64,000 nt of DNA from the NCBI RefSeq assembly GCF_009914755.1, contig NC_060938.1. One strand, written 5' to 3'. The notes under the pieces were generated by a model, which saw only the letters and a program-made list of their open reading frames with translations, was not told the origin of the DNA and searched no databases. The DNA is from the human T2T-CHM13v2.0 reference genome, Homo sapiens. A program made the translations under genes and the position numbers. Of the stretch, positions 41,376 to 55,802 are shown piece by piece. Positions within the stretch are counted from its first letter, which is position 1, and every line of letters begins with the position of its first letter.

Positions 41376-43775
41376 TAATGGGGAAAAAATGGTAGCAAAA
41401 TATACTAAACGTACTGTACCAGATGTGGAATGTACCCTTTGTCAACAAAGACAGGGCCCATAACATGGAGCTCCAGGTGACACTGTGCTCCAAGAATGCC
41501 ATCAGGGAAGACAGGCTAGGTCTAAGCTCATTGAAGTTTTATTTCCCTCTTGCAGATGAGTTAAACTTGACCTTCCACTATAATCAGTGTTAAACAGTGG
41601 TTAAACCTGGTGCTTAAACAGCGTGAGAAGCACAGCAGGCCCAAGTGTGTCTGCCTTCAGTGCATGCCTGGTTGGGGTTGGGGGAGTCTATGCGGGAGGG
41701 GACAGACATGAGCACCCTTCTGACCCCTGCAGGCAATTAACTGATACTTTCAGGCAGGGAGTGCCATTATCTTTAACTCAGCAGGCATCACTGTACATAA
41801 TGAGAGGTCATAATTATAGTTCTCTTTTTAAAATGTGACCACAGTATCCAAATTGACCTCTTGTGGCAGGCTGGCCTACATGCTGGGAAGTACAAAAAAA
41901 GGCGGGTACGGGCCCTACCCATTGGCGTGACAATGATGGGCAGCCAGGGTCCCTTTGCAACTTCTGAGGTCAGGCATCCGCGCTTATTCCCTGGGGAACT
42001 TCAATCTGTTTAGGGTTTACTAATTATCATTTTTCACTGAGTAGCATTTTACTTCTTTAAATAGACACAGACTAGCCAGGGCTTTTTACTGGGGAAAAGG
42101 CAAAAGCAACGACTCAAATTAATATGCCAGTGATGATGTGCATCTACTGTCTATCCATGGAATCACCAAGTTGAAAAGATCAATTTCTGATCATTTTTCC
42201 ACTTTAGTATTTTGTAAGATTGCTACAGAGACTCTTTCACTTTAAAAATGCTGACTTATTATACTATTATACCTTATAATTGGCCCCACCTAGCAATATC
42301 TCGAGCTCCTACAGCCCAAACCATTATATAGACTGAACTGTCTGTGGGGAAATGCAACCTGCCTGGATTTTCATATAGACAGACTCTCTCAGTTCTAAGC
42401 ACAGAATAATAGAATTTTTGAGCTAAAAGAGACCCTCTGAAATCATCTTACTGATGAACAGTGTGAAAAAGATCTACTTGAATTAGCGGGCTGGATGGAG
42501 GCTGAGACAGGAGCCAGGTTCAACCAGGGTCTTGAGCCACAATCTGCTCGACCCCTCCACCTGTCTCTTAAACATCAAAGAAGCTACATCCCAGTGATGC
42601 CTTCCAGAGAAACACAGAAGATCTCCCAGTTTTTCTTTTTTAACAACATTAGACAAGTCCTCTCAAAGGCCTCATTTCCTAACCACGCAACGACAAACAC
42701 ACTAAAATAAAATGAGGTACTCACCTACCTTCCACGGATATTTGGAAGAATAAACTTTTTGTTACTCTAAAACACTTCGGACTCACTGGATATTCCATAT
42801 ATATGAATGATATAAACAAATGTGATGATAAAATCACAGGGGTGAGGAACTCACAGAACCAGCTGTAGTTACCACCTTATCTGGCGGCCACGTTAATTCC
42901 AGTTCTTGCTTCCAACACAAAGCCCAGGCAGCTAATCTGTGCCTCTCCCATTCCTTTACGTATTAGGAGCTTCTGCTCCTTTACCTTTCCCCAATAGGTA
43001 TTCAATAACCCTGACGAATGGCCAATATTTTTCCAATGATATTTCAAATCCTTAGCCAACACTAGAAAAATTTGAGAGATATTGGAGCACCAGCTAATTC
43101 CTTCCCGGCTGAAAGGAGGAACAGAAAATTCCAAAGTGTGACATAAACAGTTTCAGATAAATAGCAGACAATGTCACACCACAACATTTACACAGCGGAG
43201 TGACGATTCCTGCTTGAAGGCATGGGCTTTGAATAAATGGCCCTGAGAAATACAGTTTTTACCAATATGCTTTTCTTGAATAGAACCTGGGAGTGAATGA
43301 TGTTCTCTATATTTGTAAACACTTCTTTATTCAGAAAAGCAAAACTTACCCACTATTCAGAGATGGCCAAAACTAGAGTTTAAAGAAAAGAATAATTGCT
43401 TTACTCCTTTTCTAGGCATGTCACTACTAAGAAATATGACTATTTCCTTTTGGTTCAGTAAAACAACACAAAGGAACAAGTCTAAATACATCACAACAAC
43501 GGTATTTAATTGGGCCTAGTGCATTTGCATCTCAATATAAAGTCACTGCATGATATACCAATGCGGATGCACTGATGAACTTCATTCCACCATTGTTAAC
43601 AGATAAGGAGAAACTTTTCGGTGGGAAATTCTTCATGTTTTACATTATTTATTGGAACATTTCATGTACTTACTTGGCTGAGAAACTCCAATTCCATGCT
43701 ACACAAGTATTTTGCAAAATATGTGCCTACTTTTCACAGTCCCAGAACTGTGGCTTGACACAGCACCTAGCATAC

Positions 43776-44181
43776 TGATACGGTTTGGATCGGTGTCCCC
43801 ACCAAATCTCATGTTCAGTTGTAATCCCCAGTGTTGGAGGTGGGGCCTGGCAAGAGGTACCTGGATCATGGAGGTGGATCTTCCATGAATGGTTCAGCAC
43901 CATCCCTTTGGTGCTGCTCTTGCAATGGAGTTCTCACAAGATCTGGTTGTTTAAATGTGTGTGGCGCCTGCCCCCGCCCCTCTCACCCTCCTATGAAATG
44001 CCAGCTCTCCCTTTACCTTCCTCCATGATTGTAAGTTTTCTGTGGCCTCCCCAGAAGCTGAGCACGTGCCTCCATGCTTCCTGTACAGCCTGCAGAACCG
44101 TAAGCCAATTAAACCTCTTTTCTTTATAAATTACCCAGTCTCAGGTATTTCTTTACAGCAATGCGAGAATGGACTAAGACA
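43776..44181 (+). mobile_element. MSTB-like MaLR solo LTR
   Basis: tgatacggtttggatc...ggactaagaca; TSD CATAC. Confidence 0.92.
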
Positions 44182-45224
44182 CATACTGTTGTCACTCAAA
44201 TACTCTATTTAAATAAAAGCCCTGATTCTCTAGAGTTTTGCTTTGCTGCTCAGTAAATCAGCCTCTACTATATTTATCCCTAAGTGTCATTTGCAGCATT
44301 AATTAACACAAACAAGCCACGTATTTAAAGACCATCATTTCCTATTTTAGTTACATTTTGGTTGTAGACTGCACATTTCATTTAGTTATTTGTCAGTGTA
44401 AGGACAACCTCAGCACCCAGTAATGGAAAGGGTTAAAAACAGAGGTGCTATCGAGTCAGCCCCTTCCTTGGGTGGTTCATCAGACAGGTTATCAAAGTGA
44501 AACACTCCATCGACAGGGTAAAATCCTGGCATCTGCTGAGTGGCAAATTCGGCTCACTTCATTTTGCTTTATTTTATTCTCCAAAGAAACTATACAGTTT
44601 GGACTACAGAACACAATTAATTTTTACATTTCTCCACTCTCTGGCAGCTTATTTTCTCCATCTAGACATGTTGCAAAAACCAAAAAACAAAAGAGAATAG
44701 CTAACAAAGCCATAGTGGATTTATTGTATTGATTCCATTTCACATAAAGATGTTAATTCATCCAATTCTTTAAAAAGTTTCATTACCTTTCAACTAGAAT
44801 ATACTGTGTCCCACCCAAGCCAGCTGATGTCACTCTACACGTTTCACTGTGCAGTTTTTACTTCTGGAGGGACCTGAGCCCAGATTCAAAGCAATTTTGG
44901 AGATTAAGCTTTGCAAGTAAATTCATTTTTATCACAATCTTCATGTTCCAAAGTGGCCAAGTTATCTTGGTCATGTTTATTAACTAAAGGTAATAGGAAA
45001 GATCCTAATCAGAGCTTCAGTGTATGCAACTGTAGAAACCAATTCTCTCTCTGGATGTGGACAGAAAGTTCTCAACTCCAACCACTGAATCTCATTAGTG
45101 TCCTGGGACCTGATCAACAGTACCATGGCTTGCTGATGACCACCCAAACAAAAGCAGTTTCTGGAGGAGCAAAGAGTCGCTTATACTGAAGAAAGAACAG
45201 GAAACAGGCTACAAAGAGGGATCT

Positions 45225-45370
45225 GGGGTAGGTGGTCAGTCCACAGGAAGACTTAAACCTGCAGAAAGTACATGTAGACACTGGGAATTTGTGCATGTTT
45301 CTGGAAAGGGTCCATAGCTTTTATCCAATTCTTTTAGGAGTGGATTATACAGAAAGGGGTAGCACTGGCT
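45225..45370. mobile_element. Old hAT-Charlie-type fragment
   Basis: ggaaagggtccatagcttttatccaattct resembles a Charlie-family end. Confidence 0.35.
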
Positions 45371-45517
45371 TCAGATTCACTCATCATTAGGTTGAGTCTC
45401 ACCCCAGAGAGCATCAACAGAACAGAACGAAATTCTCTCCCCTTGCTAAAAGGAAGCATTATGATCCTTTGGTCTGGGATGATCCTGAAATATTTGCTAT
45501 AACAGGAAGATGTGTTC

Positions 45518-45902
45518 TGCTAGGGACTGAATGTTTATGTCTCCCTAAAATTCATACATTGAATCCCTAACCTCCAATTTGATGGTATTTGAAGATAGGG
45601 CCCTTTGGGAGGTGATAGAGTTAGAGGAGGTCATGTTCTTCATGATGGGATTCGTGGCCCTATAAGAGTAGCATAAGTAGTGACCACATAAGAGAGATCT
45701 CCTCTTCCCTCTCCACACAAGCACAGAAAAAAAGGGTAGGTGATGATACAGCCAGACGTGAAAGTCTGTACACCAGAAACCATACCCTGCTGGACCTTGA
45801 TCCTGGACTTCCAGCCTCCAGAACTGTGAGACAATACATTTCTGTTGTTTAAGCCACCTAGTCTGTGGTATTTTGTTATGGCAGCTGGAATAGAATAAGA
45901 CA
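45518..45902 (+). mobile_element. MLT1A-family MaLR LTR
   Basis: tgctagggactgaatgttt...ggacttccagcctccagaactgtgaga; TSD TGTTC. Confidence 0.9.
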
Positions 45903-45909
45903 TGTTCTT

Positions 45910-46450
45910 TGGCCAGTGTTATGTTATCAGAATCTCACAATTCACAAGGATCGTGTGTTGGGGGCACTGTGGATTGCTCCTTCAAACTGCGGAGGTTGGG
46001 AAGCTACAGTCTTCATCTTCCAGACTTCCTTGCAGCTGGGGTTCTGGGGGTAAATTCAGTTCTGCCAATTAGATGAAGTCAGGCTGAGGTGAGGTGAGGC
46101 CCCCTTTGGCTGTGTGAGTGGCCTGCAATGCTGCAGAAAGGCTGGGTTTTCCTGCCGTGACCTCCCAGTGCCCATTCTCCAGTGCCTGGGTGTCAAGAGG
46201 CAGTTGCAGGGGTGGCAGTGGGCTCTGGGTCACAGCCATGAGGTGTGTTCCTGACCACACAGATCCGGCGATGGCAGCCTGCCTGGTGGCTGGCTCCTTA
46301 GGATTCTGGAAATCATTTCTGAAAGGCTGGCCTGGGTCCCCCTCCTTTGGCCCTTCCAACAATTTTGTAAATACTTAATTCTTTGTATTGCCTCCCTTTC
46401 TGCCTCAACCCCTTAAACTACTTATCACTTCTGTATCTCAGACCACAGAA
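45910..46450 (+). mobile_element. LTR33-like ERVL LTR
   Basis: cttccttgcagct, ttcctgacc, ccaacaattttgtaaatacttaattc. Confidence 0.6.
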
Positions 46451-49314
46451 CCAGGCACATCATTAAAATCCTCCATGTCTGGAGGGCCCAAAGAGCTGTT
46501 TGCCTCCAGGAGGGCTCTGCTGGTTTAATGAGGATCAGGTTTGACACCGCTAAGGAGCAGTTACTTTCTGGAGCTCATTGTTGCTAAAGAGATACGTTAT
46601 AAAAAACTCAGGTCTTTTAAGTTGACAATTTCAAAAAGCCACTCAAAGGCAGACCAGGCCTCTGCAGTTTTACAAGGTTAGTAGAGGGAGGGGGAATTTC
46701 CTCATTTTGTTTTTCTGGACATAGAGATACCATCTGGGCATGCTCCTGGCTGCCAGCTAAGGCCTCCCCGTCCAACATCCTTCCCAGGCACAGGGAAGTG
46801 TCAGAGCAGATGGATAGAATGTGACCACACACCTGCTGCCCATCTCTCCCCCAACCTTCCATACAGCATTGCCTGGAGACAACCTCAGTTCAGCTCTGAA
46901 TCCTTGCCTTTCACCAAGGGCCTCATAAGAAAAGGGTATCTGTGGAACCTTCGTAACTACATTAAATTCTGTTAAAGACATTTCTTACCTTACTCATTGA
47001 AAGCCCCAAGACAGGGGCTCATTCTTAGAGGCAGGCACTTCACTGGTATGTGTACTTATACCAGAAATAAGAGCTGTGTGTACCATATTTCTCTTTTTGC
47101 CTTAGCTGCTAGGAAACTCGAAGATGGGTTTTGAATCGGTCACTCTAGTTTCCTTAGACCCTGCAGAGTGACTGTCCCTCTCTCCCCTTTTTGAAACATA
47201 TAGCTACTGTTTCAAAACCCTACCTTAAGGATGGCTGATTCCATTGTTTCTTGCACCTTATCATTATAAGTCACCTCTCTGTTTTGGGAGACAGCTGAAA
47301 TATACAGATAAGTAAAACTTAAGTATTTGTTTTTGGCTAGCTACTGGTTTGAGGACATGAGCCTTTCAGCCCACCCTGTGTGGAAAATACTGAAGAGAGG
47401 TAATAAATAAGGCCCTTTCCCATTTGTCCTGGGGGAGGCAGTAAGACTGCCCCCACCCCAGAGGAAATTTGACAACTATGTTTCTTAAAGAAGGCATACA
47501 ATATCAAAAATTGTGGTGCAGTTGCTTAAGGCTATACCTAATAATTTATTAAGCTATTGTTTCTTCTAAATTTTATACTCACTGTAACAGTAACAAAGAT
47601 AATATTACCATGTACATTGTTGACAGATGGGTCTTTACTCAATGAGTTTTCTCACGGATCTTTAAAGAGTTTAAAAACTAAGTCTCTTGGGGCAATATGC
47701 AAACAAAAAAAAGTGGCAAAATGTTCTGGAAGAAGTTACAAAGTTCCCAAAGATGAACAAATAATTCAGTGTGCCTTCTCTCTCAACTTTGATGATATAT
47801 CTTTTTTGTTTGTTTGTTTAAAATACCTACCAACCAGTCTGGGCAGGTTTCTTAGCATGGATGGCCACTGTTTCCTTATCTGTAAAAGAAGGGGGTTGGA
47901 CTAAACCTCTAAAATGGATTCTATCATCTGTGAAGCAAGCTCCGTCATCCTCAGCTCCACCCGATGTTGAAAGAGGACCAGGTTTGTACGTGCAAGTCCC
48001 TACTAGAGACCAGGTCCCTGCCTCCTGCACCGTGCGGATGACTGCACTCCCTTGGCTGGACAGAAAGGGTCACCCTTGCCAGGCCTTCTTGTTTGGTTAA
48101 TCTCTTCACATCTATTTGCTCCGCTGCCCCGACAACTTAACAGCAAACAAAGGCCTGGGCTCCATGCCACTCACTCCGAATCAGGAACCTGCCTATTTTG
48201 TTTACTTTGGGGCACAAGAAGGAAGCAAACAGCAGCTTTTGTAAGTCAAGTTGGTGATAGTCTTCACTCAATTACGGCCGTGAAAAGAGGGAGAGATGGA
48301 AAGGACCCTTTTCCAGGGCAGGCACTTCATGCTGACCCACTCTACCCAAGTTTCCTTTCACCGGCATCGACCCTGGAAGTGGCTCGACTTTGAGGGAGCT
48401 AACCATATTTTCTGCACTTTGTCAGACTGTTTTTTTCTCAGCCCAGTGGGGACCACGTAATGTGAATGCCTTCTATCTAAGCAGAGTATTTTCTTGAAAG
48501 AAAAAGCACAGGCTACAACTAGCTCCTTGGGAGTAATACAATTCCATTTTCTGATTCTTATCATCAGGCCAGATGCTGCTTCTGACTATAAAACTATTAC
48601 CGGGTAAGGTGAGGCAAGCCAAGTGCTTTAAATAAGCAGAATTAAAAGAATTTACCATCAGATGGTTAACAAGAAAAGGGAGAAGGTACATTAGGCGAGG
48701 GTAGTATATTCTATGGAAAATATTTTGCAAGGCGTCTAAACCAGACAAAAACAGGATTGGTTGGTTTATTATATAATTAAACTGCAGTCAGCAATGGGCA
48801 GGGTCTTCTGTCTTTTAAAATCCAAACTAGTTATTCAAGTTTCATTAGATACAGTTTAGAGATTCTATTTGGGGAAGGAACCCAATTTTTTTTTTTTTTG
48901 TCTGGGTTAGAGTTAAAAAAAAGAAGTGCTGCTTTGCAAATCTGGATTCTAGTCTCAATAAAACAATCACAATCCCCTCCTCCTTCCTCAAATATCTTTT
49001 TTGCTTCATTTCTTCAGAGTTAGGAGAATAGAGATTTTTTTTTTTTTGGCAGAAAGCCAAAGTAATATCCCAACAAGATATCTGACTTCTTTACAGAGAG
49101 ACATACTGTTTCATGTTTGATTTTGATTTTCAAAAGCAGAATAATTTTCACATCATTATATAAAAGGCTTCCACTATTTAAAATGTCATTTCTAAATTAA
49201 TTTTATACCCCTGAGGCAAAATGCATCCGACCACATTGAATTCTACCCGTTTAAAGAAGGTGGGGACTTGGTGAAAGTGGCAGAAAAACTCTCAGGCTTT
49301 AGAACAAGAAGTCA

Positions 49315-49575
49315 AAGTCAGTTGTTTCTGGAAGCTGGTTTTGTTTTTCATATGGCATGTCTCCAGTTGTGAATCCCCATCAGATGAAATGCAGAAGAAA
49401 AGTGGCTCTTCTGTGCAATTTCTGCAGTGTGGCAGTCAGGAGAATTTGTTGGCCCAAGAGACCTACAGCAACATTCCTGCGTCTGGCGGCGGCGGCAAGA
49501 CAGCTGAAAATTTGATGACTTGCTATCTTAAAATCTTAACAGCTGGGCAGATGACGGAATAATGAAATGGCTCCT
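49315..49575. promoter_or_regulatory. Enhancer-like E-box cluster
   Basis: CAGATG at 49381 and 49548, CAGCTG at 49501 and 49540, ACATTCC at 49471, (GGC)4 at 49485-49496. Confidence 0.4.
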
Positions 49576-50826
49576 TGTATCTAAAACTCTTCATCTCACC
49601 TTAAAGACAAGCCAGCATATTCTTAAGAAAAGAACCTCAGTGACCTCCTGATAAAGTATATTAATTTGCCAAGTGTTGTTCTAGAGGAATGCCTACCTTT
49701 TCTCATCAAAAGTCAGAAGTGACCATTTGTGCCCAGGAGCAAAGAGTTAAGCTGAGCAGTCCAGTGCCCTATGGGGCTACAGGTGCCTAGGCTGATGTAT
49801 CCTAGTGATAGGAAAGTTGGTTAACAGGCACTTACAGAGGACTTCCTGTGGACACGCACACAGGTGTAGGGTAGGGGCTGGGAGGGAGGAGGTAGCTCAA
49901 GGAGGAATCATTCCAGCAATAAAAGGCTTTATGCTCTAATCGGGTACAAACTTTCCATCATCCCTGCTTGATAAAAAAGAAAAAACAGATAAACACAAAA
50001 ACCCAAATGTTTACCCAAGGCAGAATCAGCTGTAAGGCATAGGTCAAAGGGGAAAATGTCTCGGCAGGTAAGGAGTTTATAACACCATCATAGAATAGAT
50101 GCATTCAGAATGCATCTAAGCCACTCTCCCACAACCTAACCCGGGTGCCCAACATTTAGTGCCAGAACCTCTGGAACTACCTTCCAACAGGTCTCCCTGC
50201 CTCAGTCTCCCTCCCTGCTATCCCACTCTCCTCATGGGACCACACTCAGGCCCCTTTTTCCTTCTAAGCTTCTGTAGGCTCTTCTCCATCCTTCAAGATG
50301 GTCCAACTCTGCTCTCCAGCATTCAAAGCCCAATGGCTTGTGGCCCTTGCTGAACCAAATGTCCCCCAGCCAGGTTCTCACTGACCTCAGGCCAGGTTTG
50401 GTCTTAGACGGTTTTATCCATGATGCCACCCATCTAGAATCACTTCCCCAGACTTTCTTCCTAAGAAAACTGTTCCCACCCCTTAATGAAAATCCACCTT
50501 CCACAATCCACAATCCTCATTGTTCCCTGCTGCGTGTGGCTGTCATCAAAACCTTCCACAGCCATCTGATTTTCCATTTTTATTACCCTACAACCAGGCC
50601 AGATGCTTCTTGAGGGCAAGGAGTGTGGAAATGGCATCTTCTTATTCTCTATATCTGCCCTTCCCCCAGCCTGGCCCTATGCTGTGCTGATTCTGTTGAA
50701 GATAACTCTTTAATTTCTCTTTTAGGAGGATCCTGGGTAAACGGGGTATGTAAATCTGGAAGCTGCTCAAAAAAGAAACAGTTGTTTTAGGAAAATGACA
50801 AGGGTGTGAGATCTCAAAATGTTTTT

Positions 50827-51126
50827 TTGGTTCGTTTTTGAGACAGGGTCTCACTCTGTCATCGAGGCTGGAGTGCAGTGCTGCGATCACAGCTCACTGC
50901 AGCCTGGACCTCCTGGGCACAAGCAATCCTCCTGTCGCATTGCAGCCTCCCAAGTAGCTGGGACTACAGGCACCTGCCACCACACATGGCTATTTTTTTC
51001 CTTTTTGTAGAGATGGGGTCTCTCTATGTTGCCCAAGCTGGTCTTGAACTCCTGGGCTCAAGCAATCCTTACTGTCTTGGCCTCCCAAAGTGCTGGGATT
51101 ACAGGCATGAGCCACCACGCCTGGCC
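50827..51126 (-). mobile_element. AluJ
   Basis: Antisense dimer; TSD TCAAAATGTTTTT. Confidence 0.92.
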
Positions 51127-51169
51127 TCAAAATGTTTTTATGTGTTCTTCACCTCTGCCACGCCTAGCT

Positions 51170-51350
51170 GCTAGTAAGAAGAGTGCCAAAGACTCAGAGT
51201 CCTGGAGCCAAACACATCTGGGTTCTAATTCGCCATTTCATTCACTTGCTGTGTGCTTTTGGGCAACCCACTTCACTTCTCTGAGCTTCAGTTTCCTCTC
51301 CAAAGGGGACCATGCACCCTAGTTCATAGGGAGGTGGTGAAGAATTACAT
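51170..51350 (+). mobile_element. MIR
   Basis: tggagccaaacacatctgggttctaatt...ttctctgagcttcagtttcctc. Confidence 0.75.
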
Positions 51351-51999
51351 CTTCTTTAAAAGCACAATTAAAAATTATATTTAAAATAGTCTTGGTAGTT
51401 CCTTTGGAAATGTCAGCTTCCCATGCCCACCCATGGGTCCCAACAAACTACCAAAGGGAAGGAACAAAGTCCAGTCCCCGCCAGCTTTGCAGTGACCCAC
51501 TTCCCTCCTGTTTGTGGGAGCCCTCCCCAATGCTGAGCCTGCAGCACTGCTGCCGGGCCTGGCTCGCTATGCTGGTGGCTCCCTGAGGTGCTGGTGCACT
51601 CAGGCAAAATGAACCGAACATCTGTATTCTATTTGCTAATGAGCAATCATCATTTGTACCTTTTTCCAGCCTGGGATTCAGCTGCTTGGAATACTAATGC
51701 CATTAGAAATTGGAATCTTTTTTGAAAAACACATACTCTTTTAGCAAAACCCGGTTTCACTCACTGACATTTTTATGGTTCCTGGGATTCCTTGGCAATT
51801 CACTGCTGGTTACAAAGCCCTTAATTCCCCCTGGGCCCCTCTCCGCCATGCCTGCACCTATCTGTGTAATATTTGGGTGTGTGGGTGGGGATTGGGATCC
51901 AGAAGACTTGACTGGTCCTAGACTTGCCTTTTCAACTAATTCAGTGACTATGATCGGACAAGTCAATGGAGCATTCCTTTTTAATCATGTGATTTTTAA

Positions 52000-52460
52000 T
52001 TAATCACAAGATTAATACAAGACTACAACTGCTTATTTTAAAACTCAGGTCATCACAAGAGAGGTCACCCAATCCTATTCCCTTGCCTTTTCCCTAAAGG
52101 TAACCTTACAACCTTGGTGTGCACCTGTCCTGAGCTTTTTTCTATGAAGATGAGCATCTGTGTCTTTCAAAACAATTGAGTATTAAGTTTGTGTGTGTTT
52201 TACACATGTGAAGACAAACGTATACATTGTTCTACAGCTTGCTTTTTTCATTCAATGATAAGTTTTGTCTTCTATTCAAGAGGGATATGGCTCATGCCTT
52301 TTCATTGCTGAAATTCAATCTATTTCAACATTTCCCTGGTCATGAACATTTTAGGTTGTTTCCAATCTTTGGCTTTTATAAAGAATGCTGTAGTGAGCCT
52401 CCTTGCACACGTCTGGCTGTGGACATGTGGGGCTGCTTTTCTAGGGAAAGTGACTCAAAA
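52000..52460 (-). mobile_element. L1ME-type 3' fragment
   Basis: tgaacattttaggttgtttccaatctttggc..aatgctgtagtgagc. Confidence 0.7.
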
Positions 52461-52774
52461 GAGACTTTCTGGGTCTTGCTTTCCTCATCTGTGAAATGAG
52501 AGGTCTGGACTGAACAGTCACCATTATGACCCTACTTCTATTGTACGTTTTGTGGCATTAGGAACCAACGTAGGAAGCCTTTGTTTCTATACACAAACTC
52601 TATTCTCAATTCAGCACCCGCTAAGACTTTCCCTAACCTTCCAAGGTCTTCCATAAGCAAAGCTCATTTATTCTTATTTTCTCCTTTTATTTAACAGATT
52701 GTTATTCTCAATCCTGCATCTTTGTCAACTCCCTTCTTCCCCTAAGAAATTCCTGCTTAATACTTGACAGGCAC

Positions 52775-53123
52775 TGATATGGTTTGGCTCTGTATCACCA
52801 CCCAAATCTCATGTCGAATTGTAATCCCCACATGTCAGGGGAGGGAGGTGGTGGGAGGTGACTGGATCATGGGGGTGGATGTCCCCATCTCGTGACAGTG
52901 AGTTCTCACGAGATCTGATGGTTTAAAAGTGTGGCACTTCCCCTTCTGTCTCCCTCCTGCTTCCATGTAAGACATGCCTTGCTTCCCCTTTGCCGTCTGC
53001 CACCATTGTAAGTTTCCTGAACCCTCCAGCCATGTGGAACTGTGAGTCAGTTAAACCTCTTTACTTTATAAATTACCCAACGTCAGGTATGTCTTTATAG
53101 CAGTGTGAAAACGGACTAATAAA
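52775..53123 (+). mobile_element. MSTA-like MaLR solo LTR
   Basis: tgatatggtttggctctgt...ggactaat; TSD GGCAC / GGCAT. Confidence 0.92.
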
Positions 53124-53289
53124 GGCATTATTGGAGATGCTCAGAGCTTCTAACTTTGTGTTTGCACATGTGTTCCCATGAATGTCAGCCCCATGAGGAA
53201 AGGGCCTTGTCTTTCCTTAGCCCGTGTTCCCCGAGAGCATGGCACCACATGCAGTGGGCTGTCATCAAACATCTGGCGAGTGGATGGCT

Positions 53290-53475
53290 GCGACTCTTAC
53301 CACGTACTGGAAGTACAACTTGGGGCAATTTGACGTAACCGCTCTGTGCCTCAGTTTCTTCACCTGGAAAATGTGATAATAGCACCCCCTTCCCTTACAA
53401 ACAAGTTGATACACGCAAAGCCCTTAGAACAGCGCCTGGTTTGTAGGCATTGTCAATGAATGTTAGCTACTATTA
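53290..53475 (+). mobile_element. MIR (preceded by an L2 remnant at ~53150-53290)
   Basis: ctctgtgcctcagtttcttcacctggaaaatg. Confidence 0.7.
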
Positions 53476-53902
53476 CAGTTGTCATTAAAGCTGTGTTGGT
53501 TGGATATTCCATTTGACCAATAGGATATGTATCCAGCAGCGCCCCTGAGATTGCTGGGATGCAGCACTGAGGTATCATTGGGCTAGGTTTGCCAGAAGCT
53601 GTTAGGAGAGAAGTCTCAGGCAGGATCCTTGCCACTTACAGAACTAATCATCGGTCTGCAGTTGACTATTTTTTTAAAATTATAATGATGTATATAATTC
53701 CATACTGATATCAACTGATGAGCTGAACTTTATGTTTGCTTTGCTCCATTTTGCTATGCTTTTTGCAAGCCACACCTTCCTCCTCCTTTCTTCTCATCAC
53801 ATTATTCTTCTTCCTCTTGCGAGGCCCAGCAGATCTCCCAGAGAAGCCACATGCTTTGGATTCATTTGCGGCCTCCCTTGGTTCCAATTCAGACCATGGA
53901 AA

Positions 53903-54110
53903 GTGGCAGAGCAGTTGAGGATGCAGGCTCTGGATTCAGGTGGCATGGGTTCAAATCCCGGCTCCAGTACTTACCAGCAGTGTGACCACAGTCAAGATAC
54001 TTAACCTCTTTGTGCTCCAGTTTTCTTATCTGTAAAATGGGCTGAGGATTAAATGAGCTGGTGTGTAGAAAGCATGTACAGAGTAGCTGGCACACAGCAC
54101 TGAATAGTGC
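53903..54110 (+). mobile_element. MIR
   Basis: gggttcaaatcccggctcca..acttaccagc..tgtgacc...cagttttcttatctgtaaaatgg. Confidence 0.85.
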
Positions 54111-55401
54111 TGCACCATCTTCAGATCTAAATGATACAACTAAAGCATCACCATTTTCAGGACCCGCAATGCAAGCTGTGTGCTGGTGATACGACTGATT
54201 TTTCCTGGCTGCAAATACACACACGGCTCTTTCCATACTACCTACTTCATACTACCTACTGTACACCAGCCTGGGTCACGAATGTGTATTCATGGGCTGG
54301 ATCGGGAAGAGAGCGGTGGCCATGACTGTGGTAAAGATGTCTGATCTGGACCTAGATGGTACCCTGTCCTTGGTCCCCCAGCATCTCTCTGGGGCTGACC
54401 TGCCAGGCAACTGAGCATCAGTACTCCTATCAGACGAATTTCTCAATTGTATCCAAGTGTTAATACATGCTTTGAAAGACGGCCAGAAGAATGCCCTGAG
54501 AACCATCAGAAAGCAAAGATTAGCTCCAGGTGAGGCAGTTCTACTACACAGGCTAACGTGATAGAACGATGACTGAAAAATCACCAAGGGGAGGCAACCC
54601 TGACAGCAAGGAAAAAAATAAAAATTAATTACAGCACTCTATGGAGAAGGTGTTCAAACCCTGAAGCTTATGGAATCAGGCTGGTAGCTGAAAGTGAGTT
54701 CAGGGATGCATTAAAAACAGAACCTATTTTTACACCAACAAGCAGCAGAGGCAATAGGTACAAAACTCTCAAACGAAGGCAGAAGCCTGTGTGTGTAATA
54801 CAAGCCCTAGTGTGGTGTAAGGGCCACTGAGAATTACCACTAAATGTAGCGTGGATTTTATTATTTGACAGTAAACATAGTGGTAACAATGATTATTTTG
54901 TTATAATGGTAGTTCTATTCCAGCGAAGTGTCTTAGGCTAGCATTTCCTCCTTTCTCTTGGATGGTGTTCTATTGCTATGACAACCAATAACATTTTGCA
55001 CACCACAGAGCACTATATCATGTATCACCACGGCAGAAAAGGAAATGCCATACTGTACTTAAAAGCCACCTTCTTTTCTTTCTCTCTTTTAAAGTCTGTT
55101 ATCACTCCCCATGCATTATTCACTATGCCATATTATATATAACCTTTACCTTTGGTTACAGTCAGATTTGTGATATATGAAGCAAAAGCCAGAAAGCCTT
55201 GCAAATCCCTTAACATTTTCTAACAAATAAAGGATAACCAAACTGTATTATTCTGATTTTTCTTCAACACAGTCATAAAGAACTTGATTTTGCCAACTTC
55301 CTCACTGGATCAAAGGCCTTTGTCAGACTTTCGCCACTGTTTGTCTTATGCAGCAAGATCTCTCTCAGTGACACGGCTGGGAAGTAAAGTATCCCCTCTA
55401 A

Positions 55402-55802
<401 letters not shown>

